Below, piece after piece: positions 51,264 through 64,000 of a DNA stretch of 64,000 nucleotides (positions are counted from its first letter, which is position 1; each line of letters begins with the position of its first letter). The position numbers and the translations under genes are program-made. Origin of the DNA: Catajapyx aquilonaris (taxonomy: Eukaryota); the NCBI GenBank assembly GCA_000934665.2, contig JYFJ02000322.1:1-64000 (forward strand), given 5' to 3'. Below the pieces are notes generated by a model that ran no database searches, was not told where the DNA came from, and saw only the letters and a program-made list of their open reading frames with translations.

Positions 51264-54200
51264 GCAAGCTATATTATAAAACAGAGAGATATGTGGAGAA
51301 TATATTACTAATAGAGGGCAACAAAGTTTGCGAAATAAGGGCGGAGCAAACATAAATCCAGGTTGTTTCCTGCTGGGCCTTGTTCCGACAATAGAGCAGA
51401 TACTGACCCCTCCTATTTAACTGTGTGTAAACCCAAACTTCTTCTTTCTTGCCAGGTAACCAAAACCAAAAAATGTTTTTATCTCTTCGTTGTTGATCGA
51501 GTGGCATATCGTTTTTTGGTGCTACAAATGGGGTGTGCTAATTTTAGTGCAGGACAAGCGAGAATGTTATTTTTTGGGTTTAAAAATATATATTATATAT
51601 AATGCTGCTGGTTGGTTTTAGTTGCCTGAGCAAAAAAAATAAATGCTGTTACCCCCCCTCCTCTGGTAGACTCTCACAAAGGCTCTCCTAAACAATTATC
51701 CTAGATGTTGCTATCTCGATGTGAATCTACCCCCCCTATCATAATAACATTGATTGTGGCCTTTCATTGAGTGTTAGCTGTGCGTTGGTCCAGGTGCCAT
51801 CACACCAGCCCATATAAACTACCAAGTACCCAAAACTATGACCCTCCTTCTGTATAAGCCAGTGAAATTTGGAATCATTTTACACCCGACGGTTTTGCTC
51901 AAAACACAACGCTACTACTCTTTATCGGTGCATTGCACCTTTGTGTTAGCAGCATAACAGTTTCAGGGAACAATATTATGATCATCTCCAGCAAATTTTG
52001 CTAGATTAGTTCAATATTGGTCCCTATTGTTCCGTCTACGTAGACGTAACATTTTCGATACGTCAAAAATGTAGACGTGACGATCCTACGATTTGGTCAT
52101 TTCACGCTACGAATTCGACTGCATGCAAAAAAAAATGTATACGAATCGAATTTCTGGCATGAAAAATTTCCTTGATATAACAATCGATGTCAAATCTCAC
52201 TTGGCAATACCACACCCTCCCACCCACCCCAATCCTATAGAGCTATATCTAACCACAATTTTCTCTTGGCATTTTCGAGGTGGGCTCAACATTTGTACCA
52301 ATGTCAGGGCCCAATTAACATTCAGAAACGTTCCACCACTTAACTGTTAGGTGTACTTGTGCATTGTTGGAAGCTGAACTTGCTTGTTTTTTGGAATAAT
52401 AGCCTACCCGGCCAGTGTTAGATATGATGAAGAGTTTTTAGCCCTGGTTCCTTATATTGTCCAAGCCAAAATAATAATAATAATAATAATCCACTCACGG
52501 TTTATTGTCAGTAGTTTCGTTTTTGCTTTTGTGCACGGTGATGACCATGTGAAACTACTCTGTGTTAATGTGCACAAACACGTAGGATTTTACTTTTTGA
52601 TGATTAAAAAAAAAAAGCTGGCGGGTTTGCCAGTTACCGACTTTTAGATTGTGACAAACTTTTTGTACCTATTAGTGAATTGGTATCGCATCACAGTAAA
52701 TGAATATCAATGTAAAATTGCACCGAAACCGTTTAAGAAAAAAAATAATAGAAAAACAGGTATAGAATCAGTCATCGAAGACGTTTTCAGTTTTATACGA
52801 AATAGATACACTCAGAGAGAGAAGGAAAATTTTTAGGGGGTTTTGTGTCTGGAAATACACTGTTGAAGTCATGAGGTGAACCCCAAAAATTCTGGCCTAC
52901 ATAATTATGAAATAGTGGACCAACTGCAATAGTTCTGGGACAACAATCCAGCAAGCTGTAGTTCAGAAAATTGCGAAGGAAAAGCCGGTTAACATGTTGA
53001 AATTACACAAAATGTGAGTGGTTTCCATTTACTCGAATGAGTTTGCACGTTGCTTCCTTCGCTTCCGACTTGGATTAATCTGGGGAAACCAGTGCAGGTT
53101 ATTTTGACGCATACTGTACTGTGTGAAAGAGAAGAAGAAGAAAAAAAAGTGTGAAGTAGGTTTCAATGAAACCGAAAGCTTGTTCGTCAATTGTGATGGG
53201 ATGGAATCAGACAGGAAAAGCAAACTACAGGCAACGATTCCGAATGCTAAAAAATAAATAAATTATTTGTCAATGTGCCCTGAGAATAACGAGAACAAAA
53301 ATGTGCCGTTTTATTGTGAAGAGGCTAAATCTCACTTTTTTTTAAAATTTAACCACGAATTTTAAACCTTCTATAACTTTCCTCCCACCTTTGTCGCGGG
53401 AAATTGAAAGGTGGCCCAAGAGCTCCTTTGATGTCGACGTCGTTCAATGTGTGTCGTACTAGAACGAGAGATTAAAAAAGTCGTTCAGATCTGTCTTGCC
53501 GTCTTGTCATCTGGATTATACGCAAAAAATAATAATAATAATTACACACGTTTCAATGTGCTTCGAGCCCAAATTCTCTTCCTCCTTCCTCTCTGGATTG
53601 GTTGATTTTTTTAAAAATGGGAGCGTGTCTTAATTTTGAAATAAAAAAATACCTATATAATCCTAATATGTCATAGCTGTCTCTACTCGTTTCTAACAAA
53701 GCCCTTGCTATAGGGAATGAAATCGATGAATGCCTTGTTGCTGGTCATACAAGTCATATGAATGTGATTGCGGGAAAAAAATGTGCGAAAATAGGTGGAT
53801 CCGATGCTTGTTAATTAATGAATTAAGGGCAGTGTTATTTTGTTCAGTGGAAGGAGAAAAGAAGAGATTTACGTACTCTGTGAAGCAATAGGTCGAGGGA
53901 GGCTTTGTAATAAGTAGCAGACAATAACTGGCTTGAAAGTGTACTTGGGTAATCTGAATGTTGTTTTTTTTCGCAATATGGGCCAAAATATGTCAATGCC
54001 AGATGGGGCGCTCTGGTTGGCGATTCATATTAGGAGGGTGACATGTTGCAAAAAAAAAAAATTGTTCTGAAACATATGAACTCAAGTACGACGCTTCATG
54101 TATCTAAACTGAGAATTTCACGTAGCAATAAGCGTGATGGATATAAATAAATTTGCGCTCCGAACATTACAAGCCTATATAAATATTATGTGGATTGGAA

Positions 54201-56011
54201 GTTAGTCACTTTACCTCAGTATTTAGCAAGTCCACACGAAGACAAAAGAGCCTGTAAGAACAAGTTGTAACACTCTCCCTCATATCTATTACAGAGACAA
54301 TTAAATGGGTGCTTGAAATACCAAAATGTGAGGCTGCTTTCTTCACCTGTCTATCTCCCCAAATATTTCATTTACTTATTGTTTATTGCCGACACATAAT
54401 CCTGGTTCACTGCATGTGTGTGCTTGCGATGGTTTTATGGGAAAAGGTAAAACATGAGTTTTTTTGGGTACGTCTTATGTAATTATGTATATACGTACAC
54501 AAAATATTTGAAAAATATATTATAAATAGAGAAGTGTGAATGTGGCAGGGACATTTTCTTGTTTATCGCGGATTTTTTTTTTCTTCCTCTGAAGTTCGGT
54601 CCATGAGCTTGAGTTTCCAAAGGCGTGAACATCTGGAAGTAATAAATGTTTTAAGTAATGTTTTGTGTGACTTCATTAAGCCTGGTACGTATCACAAAGT
54701 TGATTAAGTCTGTGACTGATTATAAAACTAATTAAGAAGAACATGCTGCTGTTAAAAAGATTTTATACATATTGTGTTATATTTTGAATTGATTAACATT
54801 GAGTACAGCTACATTTTATAAAGTATGCGTCGCTTTTTGCTCAAAAACGGGCGGAGACACAATGCCAGTGAAACGAAGTCTGTTCCATTCCGGCGTTGGA
54901 GTCATGTCAGCTCCAAGTGTATCGTAACAATAATATTTATATTAATTAATAAAAATTTCAATAGGACCAGCAGGTTAGACAGGGCTAAAATATGGCCAGA
55001 AGTGATGTATATGCAATATGCTATGCACCACACGATTTTTGTGTGACGAAATCGGACCTTCTTTCAATAATTATGTAGATATTGTCTTCATTTTCTGATA
55101 ACAAGAATGGACCACCATGCACATATTGCACTGTACTGTACACGAGGAGGCCTTAAAGTGCCTTGAATAGTTTTCACGTGCGTGTCCAACTCCAGCTGCA
55201 TCGGACTACAGCTCACTGCATTTTGCTGTAGACAGCTCGTTTCTGAGACATGCCACTAGGGAGGGTGGGCGGGGGGGGGACTTGGAGCTGCCCTCCAATC
55301 TTCCTTTCTCTGCCTAGACTCGCATCGAGAAGGTTCGACGGCTTCGTCTTCACCATGGTAAGCATACCTTGTTGGGGGATAGTAGCCTACTGCATGCATT
55401 TGCAAGTGCGGCTACATACTATGCCATTGAACCAATCAAGCAAGTTCACTAGTGAAATACTGCAGCATATATTATATTGAGTATTGTTTCCAGGTGAGAC
55501 ACAACACTGACTGAAGGCCATTGGGATCGAGGACTGCAGACGTGTCTCCATCGACGCTGACTGTCAAAAGGGTCATCGGGCTGCGGTGTCAACATGAAGA
55601 CGACCACCATTACAACTCTGTGAGTACCTACCTGAGATGCATATCTCACAAACACAACCCTCTGGCCTCTTCCATGATCTATTTTACTCCCAAATCCCGT
55701 GTTTTACAAAATGTTGAAATTCCAATATTTATGTCGCCTTGGTGAAAATCAGGGTTTGAAATTTGCGAATTTGCGAATTGTTAAACTTTTAAATGGCTTC
55801 AGGAGGCAATTGGAATGTGTGGAAATTTTTAATGGTAGAATTTTCCCAATTTTTCGAGTCATAATAATTAACTAAAACTGGCAATGACGTGTTCAGCCGA
55901 GCTAGCCCATTTGTACCCCACTCGGGGTAGTCATGAGGTTCCACTGGAATTATTGAACTCGTTACGTTTCAGTTGGCGAATTATTTGACTGAAATAATGA
56001 GCATTGTAAAA

Positions 56012-56487
56012 AAAGGATGTTTTTCGGGATTGATTTTGACGTGTGACTTGATGTGCCATGTGAAATGGAACTATTTTTTAAATGTCCTCTGAGCAGTGAA
56101 AACCTGGGCTCTAAATTTGAAAATTTGCAATTTTTGCATTTGAAATAGCCACAGTATGCACTAGGAACCTTCCAGAATTATTCTCAAATTTCCAGACTGG
56201 TATACGTGGCCAGTGTTTTGAGTTTGGCCTACATATTCATCACAAGCATCATTCATAAAATAAATTCTAGTGTAATGAAAAAATTGGCCATCGTCTACCA
56301 GTCGGAATAATTGAGAATAATTTTTGGAGGGTTTCTAGTGCCTGCTGTGGCCATTTCAAATGTATAAATGGCAAATTCTCAACTTTCGAGCCCAGGTTTT
56401 CACTACTCAGGGGACACATTTTAAAACTTAGTTTCACTTCATGCTGTATTAAGAACACGACAAAATCGATCCTGGAAGGCATCCTTT
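56012..56487. mobile_element. Diverged MITE-like inverted repeat (about 200-bp arms, about 70-bp spacer)
   Basis: 56012-56212 is an imperfect reverse complement of 56285-56487, including an exact 17-mer agtgaaaacctgggctc (56095-56111 / 56388-56404). No TSD resolved. Confidence 0.7.
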
Positions 56488-58102
56488 CTGCACCACTTGA
56501 AAGATTAATAATGTAATATTATAAATCCTGATTTTTCAACTCGGGCAATGAATAACGCCAATAAGCTAGAATTTTGAGTTAAATGTCAACTTGCACCACC
56601 CCTCATTTATTGGCAAACTGGAGGACAGTGACGTGTTAAGTGTTAAATGATCCTGATTTGATTGACATGTAAAATTATAAGAGTTAAACCATTGGTAGGT
56701 CTGATCAAATGCCTTTACCCCATTTTTAAGGGTAAAATGTATGCTGGTTCCATGCAGCTCTCAAGGTCATTCCTTTTTCTCAAGTGAACATGGCTCATTT
56801 TCATATGTAATGAGCTTATATCGTAATATACAGTTCAAAAAGATGGCGACTATTTTGCAATGAAACCAAATTCAAAATTGTTGTAGGCCTATTTGAAGGC
56901 CAACTTGATAAGCAATATTACATGAAGGTGAAGCCTACCTTTGCTCGAGTGCTGTAAATAGCAAGTAATTTGCATTTTTCCTGAAAATTTGGAGGTGTGG
57001 AAAATCCCCTTCAGTTGGTACAAAATTGTGCTTTTAACTGCTAAAAGAGAGCCTAATCCCATTCCATGTGTTAGTGACTTGTTGCCTGACATTTTGATCT
57101 CATATAATCCGCCATTTGCAGAAGCAGCCTCAAACATGCGTTGCTCTTGGAGACGTGGCTGCTGCGATGGACAACTCATTTCGCTGAGACCGCCTGAGAC
57201 ACTTTAGCAACAGACATATGGTCATCTCATTTCATTGCCTGCCCCGAGCGCATGCAATTATGGTTCATCGAGTGACTTCAGATGCCAACACTGGATGCCG
57301 CACCTGGTGAGTCCAATTCTCTTGCTTTCATTTATTGGTGCCTCGTGTCTTGATGGGAAATGGGATCATCCACGCGCGGTTTGAGTTGAAGGAAACTTAG
57401 TAGTGACAGATATGTATAGGTCAGGTTCATTGTCAAACATATGCCTGCAATCTGATTAGTGTTTGTGGCTGCATCAATTAGGAATCACTGCTGAAAACTC
57501 GCCCTGGACAATCCGAGCACTGATGTGAGGTTTGTCTAGTGGGGCTGCAGAGACATCTGACTTGAGGTAGTGCTATCATAGGTTTAATTTCAGTGCAAAA
57601 TAGTGCGTTATATAATTATATTATCTGTGAGACCCCGTCCAAGGGAACATGTGATAAAGGTGGCAGGATTCATGAAGTGAAGCTTTCCAGATATTCAATG
57701 GGAATTGCTGTGGTGGTTCTTAATGCTTGCTTGTGCATTAAAGTGAATGGAATCCTAGTTATCGACAGGTGATTAAAATTGAAATTAAATAAGGACTATT
57801 GAAATGGGTTATTCCAGGTTTTCTGAGGGTTGCTCGTCAAAATCATGTACCTTGAATACCGTAATCTATTTTGCCATTTGGCAATCAAAAGTTAATTCTG
57901 GCTTTATATCTTGTATCCTTGTTTTGCTTTCCAGTTGTTGCAGTCTAGATGGTTCCAGTCATCAGCATCCTTTTCCTTGTATGCCACATCTCCTACTTCC
58001 TTTTCACCCCCCTACAAATTTTCCCCTTTTTGGCATCATGCGTTAATAATAATTGGCATATGATGTTGAAAGGAGGATGATTGACCACCTGCATTTAGGC
58101 TT

Positions 58103-58147
58103 CCCCCCTTCGACGTCATGTGCCAAGTGCATGACGTCGAAGGGGGG
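58103..58147. repeat. 18-bp inverted repeat with 9-nt loop
   Basis: ccccccttcgacgtcatg ... catgacgtcgaagggggg. Confidence 0.85.
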
Positions 58148-58555
58148 GGGGGGGAACTTGCAGGCTGAAAAATCGTAGTTTTAGTCGTCGAAAAAAAGGC
58201 CGGGGTCGTCCGGGCGTAATTTCGGGCGGCCCCGGCCGCCCCTGCATTCGCAAAGTCCGCTGGCGCGGAGCCTTATCTTGTTGACTCCTCCCTTTTTTCT
58301 GTAAACTTTTTTCAGAGTCCCTCGACAGTCTCTCATTCGTTCACTCCAGTGCCTCGGCCCCCTCCCCCCTCTGCCTGCTGTTGGTCGGGGCGAGGGGGCT
58401 TCGATGGATGTGCATGTACGTAACGAGAGGGTAACGTAACTTACATGCACCACATCCTCCTCTCCCTGACCATCAGCAGGCGGAGGGAGAAGAGACAACG
58501 ACGCACTGTTTCTTTTATTTCTTACAGCCAATATACACTGTACAAAAATGGCAAT

Positions 58556-58748
58556 AAAGATGTCCACAATAATAGTTGTTCTGACTGCTGTTCTTTTCCA
58601 GGATGTTCAAAATAGCAGTTATGGCTTTAAGCTGCTTGATCCTTTCCAGGTTGTGCAATCAAGGTGTCCACAATAGTTGCTCTTTTGATTGCTGCTCCAG
58701 GATGTTCCAAATAACTAGAGTTAGGCTGCTCCAACTTTTCCATGGTGT
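58556..58748. repeat. Diverged tandem duplication (about 100-bp unit, two copies)
   Basis: tgtccacaat..tagttg..gctg..tccaggatgttc..aaata..gctgct..tttcca occurs twice in tandem. Confidence 0.55.
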
Positions 58749-59213
58749 AAAAAAACAATTCTGCTGCCCATCAATCTAAAAAGTGAAGGATAAAAGTTAT
58801 TTTGAAAAGACTTGATAATAAGAGCTATTTACTGCAGAAGGAGAAAATTTCATTGTGATTACCTTTCTTTTCCCAATGAATTTTGGGAAGGCTACATGTA
58901 ACTTCACCATAATGCAGTGGAACCTTTGTCAGATATGTTTAATGGCATTAGCAGACTACAAATTCCTTCAAGTTAATTATATTTGCAGCCTGAAAACAAC
59001 CTTTGCATAAATGAGACTGGAATAATTTGCAAGATGCTGATAGGTCATGTATGGAACGACTGTACTTGAAATCCTGCAATGTTATCATCACTTGACACAC
59101 TCAATATCTCTAATTGCCAAAAACAATTTCAACATAATCACTTCTGCAAATGAGTCCAAGAACCTTTCCTTTCTGTCTCAGCATGACAAATTCTTGAAAT
59201 CTCCTTAGAATAA

Positions 59214-61105
59214 TGTATTCAGCCTGAGAATGCAGTAGTATAGGCCTACTGACATCACACTAGGAAACTATTAATACAACTGGCAACATCAGTGCAACTA
59301 TAAAGGCTTGTGACGAAATAAGCACAAGCTTTCAAAATTAACTGGTAAAATATTAGTCGCATAATAATTGCTGGAAAATAACATCATTTTGGCAAACAGT
59401 GACATAACTTTTAAAGAATGCACTTTACACTTTACTTCCAAGCCACAGAGAACAATACATATTGCATCAGAAAAATTCAGTAGCAAAAAACGTTTATCCT
59501 TGATCGTATGAAAAATAATACTGCAATTAGGAGTCTCTCCTTAACCTTCGACTGAAAATGTCTCTGAACTGTCTCTAACGGTACTGGAAGTCGACAATGC
59601 TCAACTCTTTTTTGTGCAGAAGAGAAATGGTTTACAAGCCTGTGCTGTCAAGAGTTGTGGGCAGTGATAGACACCCTTCATGTCAATATGGAATTAATTT
59701 TCAAATTAACTATTTTAGATGAAGTGTATGGAATGGAAATTAAGGCAATTAGGAAGATTGGGGAGGAAATATTGATGGAAAACAAATAGGCCTGGAGAAT
59801 ATGGCAAGTGAATACAAAATAATTAATCCATTTTAAAATGAGTGATGCCAATCTCTGGTCAGGGAATTTCGGAATTACTTTGATCACTACTACTTCTAAA
59901 AGCTACTGTTCTCACTGACCAAGCACTAGCTTCCAATATCAGCTGGCTTCCAGATTCATTGCCTAATTGCTCCAGCACTTCCAACACATGAGGTGTTCAA
60001 GATAGTGAAATGCTTACCATGTCCATGTCTGGTGTGCCAGGATAGTAGATGGCAACAGATGATTTTGAGGCATCTGGTGATGACAGCAGCTCACATCGCT
60101 TGATTCCAGAAGTTGATTTGGATGAGGCCAAAGCAGTTGTTGGTTTGGCAGAATCAGGCTGGTGGTGTCCAGAGCCCAATCAGACGCATCATCATTCTGC
60201 AAGGTGTAATGAGTACAGGTCACATGACTGCCATGGACAGTCCTCATTGCATCTTTGTGGCACTTACTGTATATGCTTTGCCATGCAGTGACTTTTGCAC
60301 AGTTACATGTACTAGTGGTTATCAAAGAATTAGCTACTAATTATTATTATAGGTTGCATTGCCTCACAATCAAGTCCTATTGTCTTAGCGAATGAAAGCC
60401 AATGGATCCAGTTACGACTTGTATTGAATTAATTTGGCAATTAGGTCCAATGGATTAAGAATGTTCAAAAAGCCATTGAATGTGTGTCAGCCAAGTATCT
60501 TCATTTAAGTAATACTTTTATTGCCTTCAACACACTGCACATTATGTTGCCATTATTCACATCTGTGAATAACAATACAAATTTCTGCTGCAGTACGGCT
60601 TGGCATACATTAATACTGGGATCATTCAAACTCAGTTACACGAGCACACTTATCTAGTGGCATTGCAGTATAGGAATGTGATAGTTTGCAAAAAATCTTA
60701 CAAGCTGTCATATTTTGATGCCGGAATGCCATTACATAATTATTTCTCAATGATCTGAAAGTTGCTCATCTCTTACTCTTAGCATCTATTTTTTCATTAA
60801 ATCTCCACTGTATTCAGCCTTAGAATAGTACTGACATCACACTAGGCAACTACGACTGGCAACTTCATCTGAAGCGTAACTAACAATTATTATTAAAGGC
60901 TCATGACATCAACATTCTCCTAAGACTCAAATCCCAAACTTGGAAAATAAACTTGAAAATATGAATATTTTGTTGCATAACGATTTCTGAAAAGTAACCT
61001 CTGTTTGGAACAGACTGTCGTAATAACTTTCAAAGAATGTACTTTACTTCCCAGTCTTAATTACAACAGAAGAAATTTAGCATCAAGACACATAATTTTC
61101 ATAGC
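59214..61105. repeat. Diverged direct repeat pair (about 270 bp; about 59214-59480 and 60809-61105)
   Basis: Shared ordered blocks tgtattcagcct, tactgacatcacactagg, actggcaac, aaagaatg and actttacttcc. Confidence 0.65.
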
Positions 61106-61395
61106 ATGGATATTTTTATACCACGTGAATTTTTATACCAGGGAAATTTTTATACCACATTTAAAAAAATATATATCACATGAAAAGAAATCATAACAGG
61201 GTTTTTTTTGTTTTTGGCACACGAATATTTTTTAAGAATATACTGAAACACAAATTATCACATTCTTTTACTTATTAGCACACTAATAAGGCTAAAAAAT
61301 GTAACCTAAATCAAATATTTTATGGTGATTGTTGAATTTTGTGGCGCCCTTTCTTTACAATAAGTACATGCTGGAGAGAGTGTCAGTATCGAAGT

Positions 61396-61460
61396 AGCGC
61401 AGTGGTCTAGTGGTTAAGACTCTCTCTTCGTAACCTGAAGGTTGAAGGATCGAATCCTGA
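61396..61460 (+). pseudogene. Second tRNA-like head in the left arm (mirror copy about 63440-63503, - strand)
   Basis: A box tggtctagtgg plus degenerate B box ggatcgaatcc at tRNA spacing. It does not form a full cloverleaf. Confidence 0.55.
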
Positions 61461-61595
61461 AAAAAAGACGCCGTTTCTTTTTATCGCTATGGACCTTTCC
61501 CGCTGTAACTTCATCTCTCATTTCACATTTATTTCTCTTTGAAGTGCATCTGGTAAATAGGCTAGACCCTTCCAACACTCACACTCTCGTTGCAC

Positions 61596-61668
61596 CAGAG
61601 CGTGGCTTTGTGGTAACGCATCAGACTCTCAATCGGGAGATGCAGGTTCAAATCCCGAATCTCCGTGG
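61596..61668 (+). pseudogene. tRNA-like head in the left arm (mirror copy about 63231-63303, - strand)
   Basis: A box tggctttgtgg, loop CT-CTC-AA, B box ggttcaaatcc. The acceptor and anticodon stems are imperfect. Confidence 0.6.
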
Positions 61669-64000
61669 TTGAGAGTCAGAAAAAAAAAATTTGCAGCCGA
61701 CATCTCTGGCCAAGATGGCGACTGTTTCTTCGAAGTTTCCCAAACACTTCTTCAGAGGTGTCAGAGGAGCAGCGAAGAGGGGGGGGGAGGGGTGGAGAGG
61801 GGGAGGAAAGGGTGGGAGGGGAGAAAAAGTTTTTGGAAATTTTTAAGACACCTGCTTAATGGGAGGGGGCGGTCACTTTTTTCGAAGAAAAAAGTCTTAA
61901 ATTTAATCATTCAAAAATTGAAGAATTCAGGTTTGTGTGGGCCATCCCCAGCCCCCACCCTACCACTGCCCAAGTGGGTGCATTTACCTTATACCTGGGA
62001 GTTCCATTCTCAAACCTATCACCCCTCCAAATATTTAATCCTACAATTTAAACTATAGATCCTATAAAATAACCAGCACATGCAAATGATTCCGCACAAT
62101 TTTTAGGTCATTTCCAATGGGTTGTTTCAGGCTGACCTTTGACCTGAAAGGCCCTAATATTAGGTTTTTGGTCAGGGGAGAGACCCTACCTCGGTCTCCA
62201 TCTGTCGGGTCTCTCGTAATGAGACTGTACAGAGCACAGTACATAGATATACAGTATATATCTCTCGATGTGAGGTAGTATGCCCCGTGGTATGCCCCTA
62301 GCCTGGCAGCCAAATGTACTGTAGCAGTCCGCCTGTCCTTGTGGGTAGCGGGGCGGGGGCGGAAAAGGGGGAATATGTAAGGTCAAAGAGACAGGAAGGT
62401 GACCAAGCCTACACGAAAATTTGCCTATCTAAAACCGCGTCGAACGATCTGCGCATCTCCAGCACCCACAGCAGAATCGGGTGGGGATTTATTATTTTAT
62501 TAATCCATAAAGCAATGCCACGAAACGGTGATGTCGAATGTCCGTCCTGATGACCCCAAGAGGTGACCACTCGCCTACGTCACATTCATACTGATACCAG
62601 CCAACTGGGACTGCTACATTTGGCTAGGGGATACTACCTCACATCGAGAGATATATACTGTATATCTATGTACTGTGCTCTGTACAGTCTCATTACGAGA
62701 GACCCGACAGATGGAGACCGAGGTAGGGCCTCTCCCCTGACCAAAAACCTAATATTAGGGCCTTTCAGGTCAAAGGTCAGCCTGAAACAATACATTGGAA
62801 ATGACCTAAAAATTGTGCCGAATCATTTGCATGTGCTGGTTATTTTATATAGGATCTATAGTTTAAATATTTGGAGGGGTGATAGGTTTGAGAATGGAAC
62901 TCCCAGATATAAGGTAAATGCACCCACTTGGGCAGTGGTAGGGTGGGGGCTGGGGATGGCCCACACAAACCTGAATTCTTCAATTTTTGAATGATTAAAT
63001 TTAAGACTTTTTTCTTCGAAAAAAGTGACCGCCCCCTCCCATTAAGCAGGTGTCTTAAAAATTTCCAAAAAATTTTCTCCCCTCCCACCCTTTCCTCCCC
63101 CTCTCCACCCCTCCCCCCCCTCTTCGCTGCTCCTCTGACACCTCTGAAGAAGTGTTTGGGAAACTTCGAAGAAACAGTCGCCATCTTGGCCAGAGATGTC
63201 GGCTGCAAATTTTTTTTTTCTGACTCTCAACCACGGAGATTCGGGATTTGAACCCGCATCTCCCGATTGAGAGTCTGATGCGTTACCACAAAGCCACGCT
63301 CTGGTGCAACGAGAGTGTGAGTGTTGGAAGGGTCTAGCCTATTTACCAGATGCACTTCAAAGAGAAATAAATGTGAAATGAGAGATGAAGTTACAGCGGG
63401 AAAGGTCCATAGCGATAAAAAGAAACGACGTCTTTTTTTCAGGATTCGATTCTTCAACCTTCAGGTTACGAAGAGAGAGTCTTAACCACTAGACCACTGC
63501 GCTACTTCGATACTGACACTCTCTCCAGCATGTACTTATGGTAAAGAAAATCCAACCACAAGCCACAAAATTCAACAATCACCACAAAATATTTGATTTA
63601 GGTTACATTTTTAAGCCTTATTAGTGTGTTAATAAGTAAAAGAATGTGATAATTTGTGTTTCAGTTATATTCAGTAAAAAAGGCATATTCATTATGCTGT
63701 ATGTTATCAGAAACCATTATTTTCGCGGCTTTTCCAGTTTTCCCCGCCACTTCTTCCACCCTTATCTCCCAGTCTGACATCTTTCTCCAACTGAACCTGC
63801 GTTACTGAGCTAGTCAGGGTGTGACCCGAGGTCAGGGGTCACACAATGTATTGTGCTGTATAAAGCATATACGATATACCTACCAGCTGTGTCCTTCTTT
63901 GCCTTATGGGCTAACAGTAAATCATGTAGATAAGCGTCCAAAAGGCCAAAAATATAATTGCGATTTGTTTTTTTAAAAATGTGATTGCAGCAACTCTTCT

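Larger units (their letters stand above)
61236..63672. repeat. Long inverted repeat / foldback element: arms about 61236-62330 and 62608-63672, spacer about 277 bp
   Basis: The arms are near-identical reverse complements by eye, with scattered substitutions and small indels mostly at the arm ends. The ORF track shows mirrored ORFs, e.g. 61442+ vs 63457- and 61669+ vs 63230-. Confidence 0.95.

Noticed and set aside
51261..51311. UAG stop-codon readthrough as in Drosophila synapsin
   Set aside because: The stop is TAG, but the frame closes after 15 AT-rich codons (ASYIIKQRDMWRIYY-TAA). There is no long second ORF.
62515..62560. Hammerhead-ribozyme-like words (GAAAC..GTC..CTGATGA) in the foldback spacer
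   Set aside because: Stem III is only 3 bp, stem I is only 2 bp, and stem II cannot pair (C opposite C). It is not a credible ribozyme without an Infernal hit.
61442..63457. Mirrored ORFs in the foldback arms as duplicated genes or a transposase
   Set aside because: They are short, frameshifted between arms at G runs, and lack any transposase or RT motif.
1..64000. CRISPR arrays, operons or other prokaryotic systems
   Set aside because: The window is intron-containing animal DNA and no repeat-spacer array was seen.

Overview
This is eukaryotic, arthropod-type genomic DNA. The window is dominated by one + strand synapsin gene with 9 coding exons (about 18979-51263, about 589 aa after splicing). 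Its introns host three other genes. (1) A complete 3-exon tektin-2/tektin-B-like gene (439 aa) lies on the SAME strand inside the third coding intron, with its own candidate RFX X-box and AATAAA. (2) A 4-coding-exon TIMP gene (216 aa) lies on the - strand in the 22.8 kb intron, which is the known Syn-Timp nesting. (3) A tRNA-Val(AAC) gene lies on the - strand in that same intron. The conserved synapsin N-terminus has no in-frame ATG and appears to start at an ATT codon. Its PKA motif RRFS is split by an intron at the position where Drosophila edits R to G. A 63-nt in-frame candidate cassette exon sits in the large intron. Repeats include a young tRNA-derived SINE with a V-type core and a 17-bp TSD, several perfect hairpins and palindromes, a diverged MITE-like inverted repeat, and a 2.4-kb foldback structure whose 1.1-kb arms each carry two tRNA-like Pol III heads. 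All homology calls come from recalled protein and RNA family sequences; no search was run.
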